Shown one piece after another: positions 1 through 15,954 of a stretch of 64,000 nt of DNA. A model generated the notes under the pieces. It did no database searches. It was not told where the DNA came from and saw only the letters and a program-made list of their open reading frames with translations. Numbering within the stretch: the stretch's first letter is position 1; every line of letters starts with the position of its first letter. Both the position numbers and the translations under genes were made by a program. This DNA comes from a virus (lineage: Duplodnaviria; Caudoviricetes), in the IMG/VR virus record IMGVR_UViG_3300037067_016777, positions 160,001-224,000 of that record. One strand, written 5' to 3'.

Positions 1-2
1 CG

Positions 3-182
3 AGATTAGAAACTATCGAAACTAGATTGGATAAATGTGCTCTTTGTATGTGTCGCACTCGTAATCGTTGTACAATATGTGGTTGTTTTTTGGATATAGG
101 ACCAGGCGAAATGGATGGTAAAGCTCTATGGCCTGAATCTTTTTGCAGTTTAGGTGAATGGTTTGAAGAGGATGATCGATGA
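3..182 (+). CDS. Partial (5'-truncated) small Cys-rich protein, DUF6171-like
   Basis: Frame 3 is open from the window edge: RLDKCALCMCRTRNRCTICGCFL...KALWPESFCSLGEW. The TGA stop overlaps the next ATG (ATGA). Confidence 0.6.
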   Translation, partial: RLETIETRLDKCALCMCRTRNRCTICGCFLDIGPGEMDGKALWPESFCSLGEWFEEDDR

Positions 183-838
183 TCAAATCACTTCACAATC
201 TTTATAAAGGTGCAACAATTGCTGTTGTTGGATCGGGGCCGACAGCCACCAATTACACACAAGGTAAGGTTGATGTTTCAATAGGTGTTAATGGGGCAGC
301 TAAATTTTGTTCGAACCCTAGAGCAGATAAGTTCGATTATTTTATGTGTGGAGATGTTAAATCATCAACATTTGATTGGTTTAACATTGTTTGCTCTAGA
401 GTTAGAGTAATTGCAAAGTTGACTGCTGCACCAGACAAAATTCTTTATCCAGATGCGCTATTTCCAAACATTAAGCGTGATGCTGTCCCAACCGCAAAGC
501 AAAATTCAATAATATTACCTTTACCAATTAAGCCACATCTTACTTTTATATATAAATGGTGGAAACCAGATCGGCTTAAAAATGACATGAATTATCTGAT
601 GTTTGGTGGGACTATCAGTTGTTGTGCTGTTCAGTTAGCTTATATTATGGGAGCTGCTAAGATTGTATTATACGGTTGTAGCTTCACAAGCACAGGCAAT
701 CACTATTTTTATTACACAAGAAGACCGGGCACTATTTCTGATAGCCAGCGTGCAGTTATGAGTATGGTTATTAGCGAAATAAAGAAACGCGGAGTCAAGA
801 TTGAAGCTGTTGGTCACACGATGCTTGAATTAACTTAA
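179..838 (+). CDS. Maf/DUF115-like or sialyltransferase-like (GT29/GT42-type Rossmann) glycosyltransferase
   Basis: IAVVGSGPT, IGVNG, GGTISCCAVQLAYIMGAAKIVLYGCSF...HYFY. Confidence 0.65.
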   Translation: MIKSLHNLYKGATIAVVGSGPTATNYTQGKVDVSIGVNGAAKFCSNPRADKFDYFMCGDVKSSTFDWFNIVCSRVRVIAKLTAAPDKILYPDALFPNIKRDAVPTAKQNSIILPLPIKPHLTFIYKWWKPDRLKNDMNYLMFGGTISCCAVQLAYIMGAAKIVLYGCSFTSTGNHYFYYTRRPGTISDSQRAVMSMVISEIKKRGVKIEAVGHTMLELT

Positions 839-855
839 CAATAGAAAGACGAAAA

Positions 856-2361
856 ATGTCAACTGCTACAATTATAATGTCGGTATTGAATGAGGAATAT
901 ACAGAAAAGACGATTGATACAATTGTAGCCAACACGACGCCTGGATTGATCGATGAATTTATTATTGTTGACGATTGTAGTAAAGTACCTGTTGTAATAG
1001 ATAGGCCGAATGTTAGAATTATACGAAATCAACTGCGGGAAGGCTTGCAACGATCGCGTAATATTGCTGCTTCTGCTGCAAAATCGCCAATTATAGTATC
1101 AATAGATGCACACGTTAAGGTTGCATCAAATTGGTTACCGCCGATTATTGCTAGATTGACAGAACGGTATAATTGTGTTGGTGTACCTCTAACTAGAGGT
1201 CTTGATGCGCCGACTTGGATGGAAACTACAGCCGCTTATGCCAAGACTGGTTGGCGTTGGAATCTTGATTTTAATTGGATTCACGACGATGGTCGCGATA
1301 TAACACCATGCTTAGCTGGCCATTGTTTTGCATTTACTAAACAATGGTGGGACGAAATCGGTGGATTTGATATTGGGATGTATAAATGGGGATGTGAAAA
1401 TATTGAATTCTCATTGCGTACTTGGCTGGCTGGCGGCTCAGTTGAGATTATTCGCGATTCGATAGTAGCGCACTGGTTCAAGAAAAATTTCAACTATGAT
1501 CTTGATACTACGACTCTCGAACAGAACAAAGCACGGATAGCTGAAGTATGGTTCAATGATTATAAGAAACTTTTTTATCAGGCCATACGCAAGAAACCTG
1601 GCGATATCAAGTTCGGCGATATATCAGAACGCACAGCTATACGAGATCGAATTCAGAAGCGACCATTTGAATGGTTTTTAGATAATTTCTTGCCGGACCT
1701 GCGTGGTATAGAAATGTTGAAAAATAAGCATGCTAATGCACGTATCGCCATATTAGGTGCTGGGCCATCTTTAGATCATGTAACTAGTGGGATATTAGAT
1801 GATTTTGATGTTGTTATTGGCGTGAATTATAATGCATTAGTATTCAGTTGCGATTATGTTATTTTCCATGATTTAAAACCAGCAGAAGCAGTAATAGATG
1901 CCAATCGTTATCTTCCAAACCAGTTACTTATTCCTAAAAAATTGAAAACTGGGGCTGGTTCTACGTTGGTTGAGCCGCCACATAAGTTTTCCGATTGTGT
2001 GACTTTTGAGCTCGGATCGCAAGATAATGATTCTTGCTTGAATAATAAAGACCAACCATTCTTTCACCATGCCTCTACCGTTCATACAGCGATACATATA
2101 GCAGCGTTCATTGGAGCGAAGTCTATAACTCTATTTGGGTGTGATGCAAGACTTGCTCCTGACGGTCGCAGCCACACTACCTTGGTTCCGCAGTATAATA
2201 AAGGTAAATACTGGCCTGACAACAAAGATACTGAAAATTATATAGCTCGAATCAACCGGGGATACGATATGCTACTTGGGCCATTAAAGAAATGGAATAT
2301 TCAATTGCTGCGTTATGAATATATGGTTAGCAGTCAAAGAGCAGCAGGGCTTCAAAGGTAA
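856..2361 (+). CDS. GT27 polypeptide GalNAc-transferase-like glycosyltransferase fused to a C-terminal Maf/sialyltransferase-like domain
   Basis: N-domain: IIVDDCS, REGLQRSR, DAH, TPCLAG, WGCENIEFSLRTWLAGG, ARIAEVW, GDISER, FEWFL. C-domain: ILGAGPSL, IGVN, STVHTAIHIAAFIGAKSITLFGCD. Confidence 0.8.
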   Translation: MSTATIIMSVLNEEYTEKTIDTIVANTTPGLIDEFIIVDDCSKVPVVIDRPNVRIIRNQLREGLQRSRNIAASAAKSPIIVSIDAHVKVASNWLPPIIARLTERYNCVGVPLTRGLDAPTWMETTAAYAKTGWRWNLDFNWIHDDGRDITPCLAGHCFAFTKQWWDEIGGFDIGMYKWGCENIEFSLRTWLAGGSVEIIRDSIVAHWFKKNFNYDLDTTTLEQNKARIAEVWFNDYKKLFYQAIRKKPGDIKFGDISERTAIRDRIQKRPFEWFLDNFLPDLRGIEMLKNKHANARIAILGAGPSLDHVTSGILDDFDVVIGVNYNALVFSCDYVIFHDLKPAEAVIDANRYLPNQLLIPKKLKTGAGSTLVEPPHKFSDCVTFELGSQDNDSCLNNKDQPFFHHASTVHTAIHIAAFIGAKSITLFGCDARLAPDGRSHTTLVPQYNKGKYWPDNKDTENYIARINRGYDMLLGPLKKWNIQLLRYEYMVSSQRAAGLQR

Positions 2362-2366
2362 TTATT

Positions 2367-2684
2367 ATGGCTGTTGTGGCGCTATTAGTTGCATTGGTGG
2401 CTCTAGCTGTCGCACTCATAGCACTCGGACTAGTTGTAATAATTTATCGAGAAGCCTTTGTTAATCGCAACTTGGAAAGACCGATTACGCAAGCTCCCAC
2501 CGGAGGAAATTCCAGAGAGCAAAGAGCTACAGCGCGAACTGCTAATGCCACCGAGCAGCCTATTTCCTCTTCATTTCTCAACGCGCCAGATATTACCCCC
2601 GAAACGCTTGCCCCATTGCTTGGACGACCACCCTTGCCTAAAGGTGGATTTGGAACAAAAGTCGTCACAAAGCGTAATAGCTGA
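2367..2684 (+). CDS. Small single-pass membrane protein
   Basis: N-terminal hydrophobic stretch of about 26 aa followed by a low-complexity tail. Confidence 0.7.
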   Translation: MAVVALLVALVALAVALIALGLVVIIYREAFVNRNLERPITQAPTGGNSREQRATARTANATEQPISSSFLNAPDITPETLAPLLGRPPLPKGGFGTKVVTKRNS

Positions 2685-2760
2685 CGAAGAGTTAGAGGAA
2701 TCAATTTTTGTATTTGGATTAGATGGATTACAGGACGACTGTATAACCAGGAGAACGGCA

Positions 2761-3831
2761 ATGAATGCAATCGGTATTGATATTGGAACTAAGAATATAG
2801 TTCTTTCTTTTCGCAATAATAAAAAATTAATATTTATTAAAGAGATTAATGGCTATTACTTAATTCCGCGTCCTAGTAAATTCATAGAAAATATGTTGGA
2901 CGATCCCAACAAGACACGCTCTGATGGGACACGCCGACCAGCAAAATGGATTCGTTTAGATGGCAAGGATGGGATTTATATTTTGGGCAAGGATGCTGAA
3001 GAATTAGCTTATGCACATAACGATACTTTATTGCGACCGATGGCAGAAGGTGGAGTCGCTCCAGACGAAGATGCATTGATGATCCTATCAAGCATTGTAC
3101 AAGGTTTGCTGTCGATGTGTGAACATGATGCTGGTGTATTCGAACCAGAGATTACATTATGCTATTGCACAACAGCAAAAGCATTGAATCATGCAATGAA
3201 TATCGACTACCATCAGCAAGTTTTGAATTTAATTATCTCTAGCTATGAGACGACATCGACAATCAAGACAACTTCTATCAAAGAATCGCATGCACTTGTC
3301 CTAAAAGAGACAGCTGATGCTACTGGTATTGGTATATCATGGGGAGCAGGAACTGTTACAGTTAGTTATGTTTTGTGGGGTAATGAGATTTATTCGTTTA
3401 GTTGGGTTGGTGCTGGCGATTGGATTGACTCAGAAGTTGCTAAACGACATGGATATGATCCAGATGCACCTCGTAAGAAATCAGCAGAAACACCAACAAC
3501 CGTTTGTCGCACAAAAGAAACGATTGATTTGACACATAGTTATACATCGCGGCTTGAATTAGACATTATATTGCATTATCGCATTCTTATTCAAAATGTG
3601 ATTCGTGGAATTGTTCAAGGTTTTATCGATAACGAAACAAACGCGCGTATTGATAAACCGATCGATGTATTTATGGCTGGTGGGACGTCAAGTCCGTCTG
3701 GATTTGAGGAAATGGTCGCCGAATTATTCCAAGAAGAGAAGATGCCGTTTGCTATCAACAAAATAAAACGATGTAAAGATCCGCTATTTGCTGTTAGCGA
3801 AGGGTGTCTTATCGCAGCAGAAACATCTTAA
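2761..3831 (+). CDS. Actin/MreB/ParM-fold ATPase
   Basis: IGIDIGTKN (phosphate 1), GISWGAGT (phosphate 2), MAGGTS (adenosine). AGGAG precedes ATG 2761. Confidence 0.75.
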   Translation: MNAIGIDIGTKNIVLSFRNNKKLIFIKEINGYYLIPRPSKFIENMLDDPNKTRSDGTRRPAKWIRLDGKDGIYILGKDAEELAYAHNDTLLRPMAEGGVAPDEDALMILSSIVQGLLSMCEHDAGVFEPEITLCYCTTAKALNHAMNIDYHQQVLNLIISSYETTSTIKTTSIKESHALVLKETADATGIGISWGAGTVTVSYVLWGNEIYSFSWVGAGDWIDSEVAKRHGYDPDAPRKKSAETPTTVCRTKETIDLTHSYTSRLELDIILHYRILIQNVIRGIVQGFIDNETNARIDKPIDVFMAGGTSSPSGFEEMVAELFQEEKMPFAINKIKRCKDPLFAVSEGCLIAAETS

Positions 3832-3835
3832 AAAT

Positions 3836-5233
3836 ATGCAAGTCGACGCTAGTCAATATTCCGGTCCCAAAGAATTTGCGCATTTACATGTGCATTCTCT
3901 GTTTAGCTCTTTAGATGGCGTTCCTTCTGCAGAGCAATATGCTGATGCATGTTTGAAATCTGGTTTTCCGGCTATGGCCGCTACAGAGCATGGCCATATG
4001 GCGTCGTTTCCCGATATGTATTTTGCTTTCAAGAAACGAGGCTTAAAATATGTCGCCGGATCAGAAGTATACTATAATGATTATGAAGAGCTACGTAGAA
4101 AATTCGATGGAGTTGGCAAGAAACCGAAATCTTTACCAGAGTCTTTGCAATTTCGTATCACACGTAATCGCCACCTTACTATCCTGGCAAAAAACGCTAT
4201 TGGTGTTTCCAATTTAATAAAATTGACGACTTTGGCGTGGGAAGACGCTTATGGTGGTAAACCGCGTATTTGGTTTGAGAAGCTGTGCGAACGTAAAGAG
4301 GGTTTAATAGTCTTATCTGGCTGTATAAATGGCCCATTAGCATATGAATTGCGATTAGATATTGAATCCAATATTCAAAAAGGTAAACCGTGCTCGCGTA
4401 GTAAAGCCGATAGAACGGCATTGGAATATCTGAAGAAATTCAAGGATGTGTTTGGTGAGGACTTCTTTATAGAAGTGCAGATGCCATGTATCCCCGAATT
4501 GCATGACGTAGAGGTATTCCGCAGTTTAATTGAATATGCTGATGGGTGTGGTGTCAAAGCAGCAGTCACCAACGATAGCCACTACCTGACACGTGACGAT
4601 GCATATCTTCAAAAGATTATGATGGCGGTCGATCAAAAGACCAATATTTATGATAAAAACATGTTCGCATCGCAGGGCGACGAGCAATTTTTTAAAACGA
4701 GGGCTGAGCTTTGGGCAACATTCAAGAATGGTGGTTATTCAGATGGTATAGATGACGCTAAATTTGAGGAGATATGCGATAATACGTTACTGATAGCAGA
4801 GCGATGCGACAAGCTTGCACCAGATACATCTCCTAAAATCCCAAATTGGTCTACTATAGAGCCAGGCACAAATGCAAATGATGCATTGCGCAAAATAGTA
4901 GACCAACAACTCCAATTGCGTAGCTGGGATAAGAGTACTGAAAGATTTCCTTGTGATGGGCGAGATGTTACATATGCAGAACAAGCAGAGATAGAGCTGA
5001 ATAGGTTTATTGATAAAGGCTTCTCCAGTTACTTCTTAATCACTAGAGACTGGATACAATGGGGTAAAAAGCAAGGATGGATTTTCGGACCACGCGGTTC
5101 GGCTGCTGGTTCACTCGTATGTTATCTGTTGGGGATTCATAATATCAATAGCCTTAAATGGAAATTGAGTTTTGATCGTTTCTTAGCTAGTTCGCGTGGT
5201 GGTTATCTTTTAAAGGTTAAAGTTGATGGATGA
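3836..5233 (+). CDS. dnaE: DNA polymerase III alpha, N-terminal part (PHP domain plus start of palm)
   Basis: HLHVHSLFSSLDG, TEHG, HLTILAKN, LSGC, TNDSHY, GPRGSAAGSLVCYLLGI, LSFDRFL. Confidence 0.92.
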   Translation: MQVDASQYSGPKEFAHLHVHSLFSSLDGVPSAEQYADACLKSGFPAMAATEHGHMASFPDMYFAFKKRGLKYVAGSEVYYNDYEELRRKFDGVGKKPKSLPESLQFRITRNRHLTILAKNAIGVSNLIKLTTLAWEDAYGGKPRIWFEKLCERKEGLIVLSGCINGPLAYELRLDIESNIQKGKPCSRSKADRTALEYLKKFKDVFGEDFFIEVQMPCIPELHDVEVFRSLIEYADGCGVKAAVTNDSHYLTRDDAYLQKIMMAVDQKTNIYDKNMFASQGDEQFFKTRAELWATFKNGGYSDGIDDAKFEEICDNTLLIAERCDKLAPDTSPKIPNWSTIEPGTNANDALRKIVDQQLQLRSWDKSTERFPCDGRDVTYAEQAEIELNRFIDKGFSSYFLITRDWIQWGKKQGWIFGPRGSAAGSLVCYLLGIHNINSLKWKLSFDRFLASSRGGYLLKVKVDG

Positions 5234-5648
5234 ATATATAGATTCTTTGCGATCACTACATGCTGCAATGAGCGATTATTTATTATTAGTTGGTGAACCA
5301 TGTCCATTATTAGGACAACTCTGCATGCGTCTTGTTGAGATAATAGGTTGTCTGCCTCCAGGCAATGAACCACAGACGGATAACTTAGACAAACTCACAT
5401 CACTTATTTTAGAAGCTGCTATACTTGGTGTTATAAATAGATTAGAAGAACTACAACCAAAATCTGAACCGTGTCTGCGAAGTGCAAAGGATTGTATGAA
5501 AATCACAGGCACACTTAATACACACGATCGTTGTGGCGTATTTTTCAAAGTGCTTGGCATAGCAATAGCTGGTTTACAGGAAATTACTGGTAGCGAATAT
5601 CCACAACTTTCAGACGGCAGTGGCAAAAAGCTTAGAGGTACACAATGA
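5226..5648 (+). CDS. Hypothetical helical protein between the dnaE halves
   Basis: Overlaps both neighbouring genes; no recognisable motif. Confidence 0.6.
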   Translation: MDEYIDSLRSLHAAMSDYLLLVGEPCPLLGQLCMRLVEIIGCLPPGNEPQTDNLDKLTSLILEAAILGVINRLEELQPKSEPCLRSAKDCMKITGTLNTHDRCGVFFKVLGIAIAGLQEITGSEYPQLSDGSGKKLRGTQ

Positions 5649-6118
5649 AGATTTCAATATACGCTTGCGGCTATAGTATTGACAATGGCAAGCCTACGCA
5701 ACGTGGTGCTTGTGCTGCTGGGCTGCATTATGTTGATGATCACGATCGTAGGGCTATTAGAGTTATCAGTGAACCTGTTGGTAATAGTACAGGGCCTCAA
5801 TGCGATTTAAAAGCCGCTATATTGGGTTTGATGAGTATTAAGGCGACTCCTGTATTACGATTGCGCAAAGCATCAGTTGAGTTAATTACAACAAAGTATG
5901 TTGCGCAATTTATGGAGCGTACGGATGGTGAATTTAAATTAATACCAAAGAAGAATATTGAATTGATACGCCGATTTCGCGAAAAGGCTGACTTGTTCGA
6001 TAATTTGGCTGTGCAGGTAGGGACAAAAGAGCAATTACAACAATCTTTCGACATAGCCAAAACAACAGTAGAAACTGGTATTGGTAGTGACAGCGAAACA
6101 ATCATGACAACAACATAA
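5645..6118 (+). CDS. RNase HI-fold protein, probably catalytically degenerate
   Basis: IYACGYS at the IYTDGS position; GNSTGPQCDLKAAILGL resembles TNNRAELxAxIxAL; KKNIELI resembles KNxDLW. Confidence 0.55.
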   Translation: MKISIYACGYSIDNGKPTQRGACAAGLHYVDDHDRRAIRVISEPVGNSTGPQCDLKAAILGLMSIKATPVLRLRKASVELITTKYVAQFMERTDGEFKLIPKKNIELIRRFREKADLFDNLAVQVGTKEQLQQSFDIAKTTVETGIGSDSETIMTTT

Positions 6119-6135
6119 TAGACATAGATCTCAAT

Positions 6136-8937
6136 ATGGGAAAATATGATTTTGATACCATTGTGAAGGCCGCATACAAGAAAATCAATCGGCTTGGATT
6201 ACCTGTGATCTATACCAAGAGATTAGATTTTGAGATAGAACAAATTCGTATGCAGGGAGCTCAAAGGTATTACGAAGATTTAATAGAGTCTGGTAAGAAG
6301 TTTGATAAAAACCCAAACCAGTTGCTGCTGCCGTGGTTGCTAGATCGATTTACTGGTGATGCTGATATTGATCCTATTGCGCATAGAGACGGACCGCTGA
6401 TGCTCAGTGCGAAGTATGATGATGTTCAAGATATTCTAAAGAAAACTGGAAAATTGCCAGTAGATATTCGCCAAGATGATGATAAACCGGATATTGATAT
6501 TGATTGTTTACCAGAGGTAAGGAACCAAATTAAGGATTATGTCGCTAAACGCTATGGCAAGCATAATGTGGCCAGTGTTGGTACTTGGCAAGCTTATTTA
6601 TTTAAGCAAGCCATTGCAGATGCTTATGCTGGTCTTGGCCTGGAAAAAATCAATCGAGATCAAGGAGCCAAGAACAGAGCGATCGAATTAACAAAGATTC
6701 TGCCAGATGAAGTTAATGAGATGCGAGAAGGTGGATATGGTGTTTGTAAGGGGCGTGTGAAAGAAAACGGTGTCGATAAAGAATGTGGTGTTAAGCACAA
6801 AGGTTTAAAATGTCCGCAATGCCAGAGTGAAGATACTGATACGCCAACTATTGCTATGATAATGAGAGATTATCCAGAAATTGGGAAATTCATAGCAGAA
6901 GATAAAGAAGTACATCAACAAGTAATTGATACCGCTATTCGTCTAGTTGGTCGCATCAAGCATGCTGGTAAACATGCTGGTGGTCTTATTATTGCAGATC
7001 GAGACTTATTCGGTAATGTGCCGATGCAATATGATAAAAAGACCAATCAATGGGTTAGTATTTGGACGGAAGGTCGTAATACACAACTGTCGAAGTTTGG
7101 TTATGTTAAGTGGGATGTGCTCGGATTAAAGAATCTGTCTTATATAAAGACAGCTTGTGCGATGATTAATGAGAATCACGGAATTTCTTTTGGCGACCGG
7201 CTCGAAGGTTGGGATGAATCAGATCCTATTAATAATGTTGCTGGATATTATTGGGAGAATGGTGAAAGAAAAGCGATACCGCTTGAGGATCCGGCAGCAC
7301 TAAAATTAGCTAATGACTCGCAGACTGACAGCATTTTCCAATTTGATACTGACCTTGCTAAACGGACGCTATCTGCTGGCGTGCACGGTTTTCGCGATTT
7401 ATTGATCTTCAATGCAATGGGACACCCTGGCCCGATGCAATCTATACCTGATTACGTTAAGAATAGAGATGATTACAGCAATAAATGGGCAAAAGGAGAA
7501 CATCCAGATATTGTTGAAATTCTGAAACCAACGAGCGGTGTGATTGTGTTTCAAGAACAGCTTACATCTATCTGGCAATGCGTTGCCGGGTTTACAGGTC
7601 CAGAGTCTCAAGACGCTAGAAAAGCTGTTGCAAAGAAATGGAAGGAAAAGCTTAAGCCAGTTAGGGAACATTGGCTAGTTGGTGCTAGCAAAAAGATCGG
7701 TGAATCGAAAGCACGTGAATATTGGGATAAGATGGAGACATTCGGCCGCTACGCCTTTAATTTGAGTCACGCTATTTGCTATTGTTTATGGGCGTATCGC
7801 TGTTTGTGGCTTAAGGCACATTATGCTGAGGAATGGTGGGCTAGTGTGATGGGGACGTGCGATCAAAAAGCACTTGAGCGTTATATGAGTGCTGCACGTG
7901 GTGAGAATGTAAATTTTGGTGAGATTGATATTGCAAAGCTTACATTGCGTCCTACTGCACATTCTGGCCCGAGTGTGCAGGATAAACATATTGCATTAGG
8001 ATTAACCAGTTTAAAGAAGATTGGTGATAAGGCGGCAGATGCTTTTGTAGATAAAGTTGGCAATAATGTTTATGTTGATATTGATGATTTTATAGAGAAG
8101 AAAGGTAAGAGTAAGATTCTCTTTGAGCGTCTTATTAAACTAGGCGCATTTACAAAATTACATCCCAACAAAAGAGCTACTTGGATGTGGTATTTGCACC
8201 AGCACGGTACTGGGACTGTTGAGGAATTTGAATTTAAGGATGTTGACGAACAGGCTAAGGTGGAGATAGTTGAATCTAAAGCACAGCAGCTTAGTAAAAA
8301 ATCGAAGTTGAAGACTTTTAGCTATCCAATTAAAATTCTGAAGGCTTATCATGTTCGTCGCCTTATGGCGAAAGCTAATTGGACTGAAGAGACGATTGCT
8401 GCAGAAAGAGATCGTCAAATCGCAGTATTCAAACAGACATATCCTAAACGAAAAGTAATACCAGCTAAAATCTTGAACTATCGGCCTACTATTAAAGTTA
8501 CACATAAAGATATTATTGATTTATATCCTGATGACTACGAATTTATTCAAGTGCTTAAATTTGAAAAGGAATTTTTGGGTTATCATTGGCATTCTCCGAT
8601 CGATCTATATCGAACTAGTGGCAATCATACAGTCGACAAATCCAAGTTAAATGATTGTTTAGAAGGGGTGATAGAATCTATTGTGCAAGCTAAGACTAAA
8701 AAAGGCTCTGATATGCTTCGTATCGTGGTCTCTGATGGTCATAAGACGTGCTTGGTGCTAGTTTGGGAACAAGATATAAGAAACCAAACTAAGAAGAATC
8801 TGACTGTAGATAAAGGTGTTAGAATGAGGGTAGATTATGACAAAGATCGCAATAGTTTTGTTTTGAAGAGAGGTACTGTTATTGAACCTCTATGGACAGA
8901 AGAAGCCTGGCAAAGGCGACAATCTGACGCAGAATAA
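6136..8937 (+). CDS. dnaE: DNA polymerase III alpha, C-terminal part (palm, fingers, HhH, OB)
   Basis: KPDIDID, GKHAGG, KWDVLGLKNL, IFQF, IVFQEQ, YAFNLSHA, LKAHY, EKEFLG, C-terminal OB fold. Confidence 0.93.
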   Translation: MGKYDFDTIVKAAYKKINRLGLPVIYTKRLDFEIEQIRMQGAQRYYEDLIESGKKFDKNPNQLLLPWLLDRFTGDADIDPIAHRDGPLMLSAKYDDVQDILKKTGKLPVDIRQDDDKPDIDIDCLPEVRNQIKDYVAKRYGKHNVASVGTWQAYLFKQAIADAYAGLGLEKINRDQGAKNRAIELTKILPDEVNEMREGGYGVCKGRVKENGVDKECGVKHKGLKCPQCQSEDTDTPTIAMIMRDYPEIGKFIAEDKEVHQQVIDTAIRLVGRIKHAGKHAGGLIIADRDLFGNVPMQYDKKTNQWVSIWTEGRNTQLSKFGYVKWDVLGLKNLSYIKTACAMINENHGISFGDRLEGWDESDPINNVAGYYWENGERKAIPLEDPAALKLANDSQTDSIFQFDTDLAKRTLSAGVHGFRDLLIFNAMGHPGPMQSIPDYVKNRDDYSNKWAKGEHPDIVEILKPTSGVIVFQEQLTSIWQCVAGFTGPESQDARKAVAKKWKEKLKPVREHWLVGASKKIGESKAREYWDKMETFGRYAFNLSHAICYCLWAYRCLWLKAHYAEEWWASVMGTCDQKALERYMSAARGENVNFGEIDIAKLTLRPTAHSGPSVQDKHIALGLTSLKKIGDKAADAFVDKVGNNVYVDIDDFIEKKGKSKILFERLIKLGAFTKLHPNKRATWMWYLHQHGTGTVEEFEFKDVDEQAKVEIVESKAQQLSKKSKLKTFSYPIKILKAYHVRRLMAKANWTEETIAAERDRQIAVFKQTYPKRKVIPAKILNYRPTIKVTHKDIIDLYPDDYEFIQVLKFEKEFLGYHWHSPIDLYRTSGNHTVDKSKLNDCLEGVIESIVQAKTKKGSDMLRIVVSDGHKTCLVLVWEQDIRNQTKKNLTVDKGVRMRVDYDKDRNSFVLKRGTVIEPLWTEEAWQRRQSDAE

Positions 8938-9044
8938 TTCTTAGATCTTCTAATCAAAAGCGTTGCTATAGTTTGTGTTATTCTAGGTATATATATCTAG
9001 ATAAAATTTAATTATAGATTGGAGGCTCAAAACACAGGTACAAC

Positions 9045-9453
9045 ATGTCGACTAATATAACTGAAAACAATATCAATGTGCTATTATATAAAATCAAGAA
9101 TTTGGTATATTTCGATACTTTATTTGCGCTTGAAGAAGACTTTAATAAAACTGGATTGAGTGTGCAACTTTCTGGTGGCAATAGAGTAATATTGTGTAAG
9201 ATTATTGGAGGTAAAGCAAAAGCATCGGTAGCGATGGAAGATTATATATTCCTTGGTCCTTTTGCGTATGCTGAAGCTAAACAAGAAATATCGGGGCGCT
9301 TAATTTCATCAATTTCTGATTTTGTAATGAACCATGCTGGATCGCCAGACAAAATTGAGAACTTGCCACGTTTATGGCAGCAGGGCGTGAAAACGTACGG
9401 TCAAGTGATTCGCATAATAGATGAAGATATACAAGAAATTGCACAAAGCATAA

Positions 9454-9461
<8 letters not shown>
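9045..9461 (+). CDS. Hypothetical protein
   Basis: 138-aa ORF with AGGT RBS; overlaps the next gene. Confidence 0.65.
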
Positions 9462-11361
<1,900 letters not shown>

Positions 11362-11454
11362 TATTTGGTTTTTCCGATTATGTGTGCAGTTATACTAAGA
11401 AACAAATTTTAATTGTTGATCGCACCTAGATAGGCACCCTTGCATTTAGAGTAA

Positions 11455-15870
<4,416 letters not shown>

Positions 15871-15954
15871 GGTTTAGAATATCTGACACATCCAACCAAA
15901 CATAATGAGGATGGTATCGTGTTTGACTATCTGGACTAGGACCGCCAGTATATT

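Noticed and set aside
2458-2760. N-terminal extension of the actin-like ATPase
   Set aside because: It overlaps the membrane-protein gene; the RBS and fold motif point to ATG 2761.
5100-6500. Split intein in dnaE
   Set aside because: No Cys/Ser block A on the N-half and no HN-C/S/T on the C-half.
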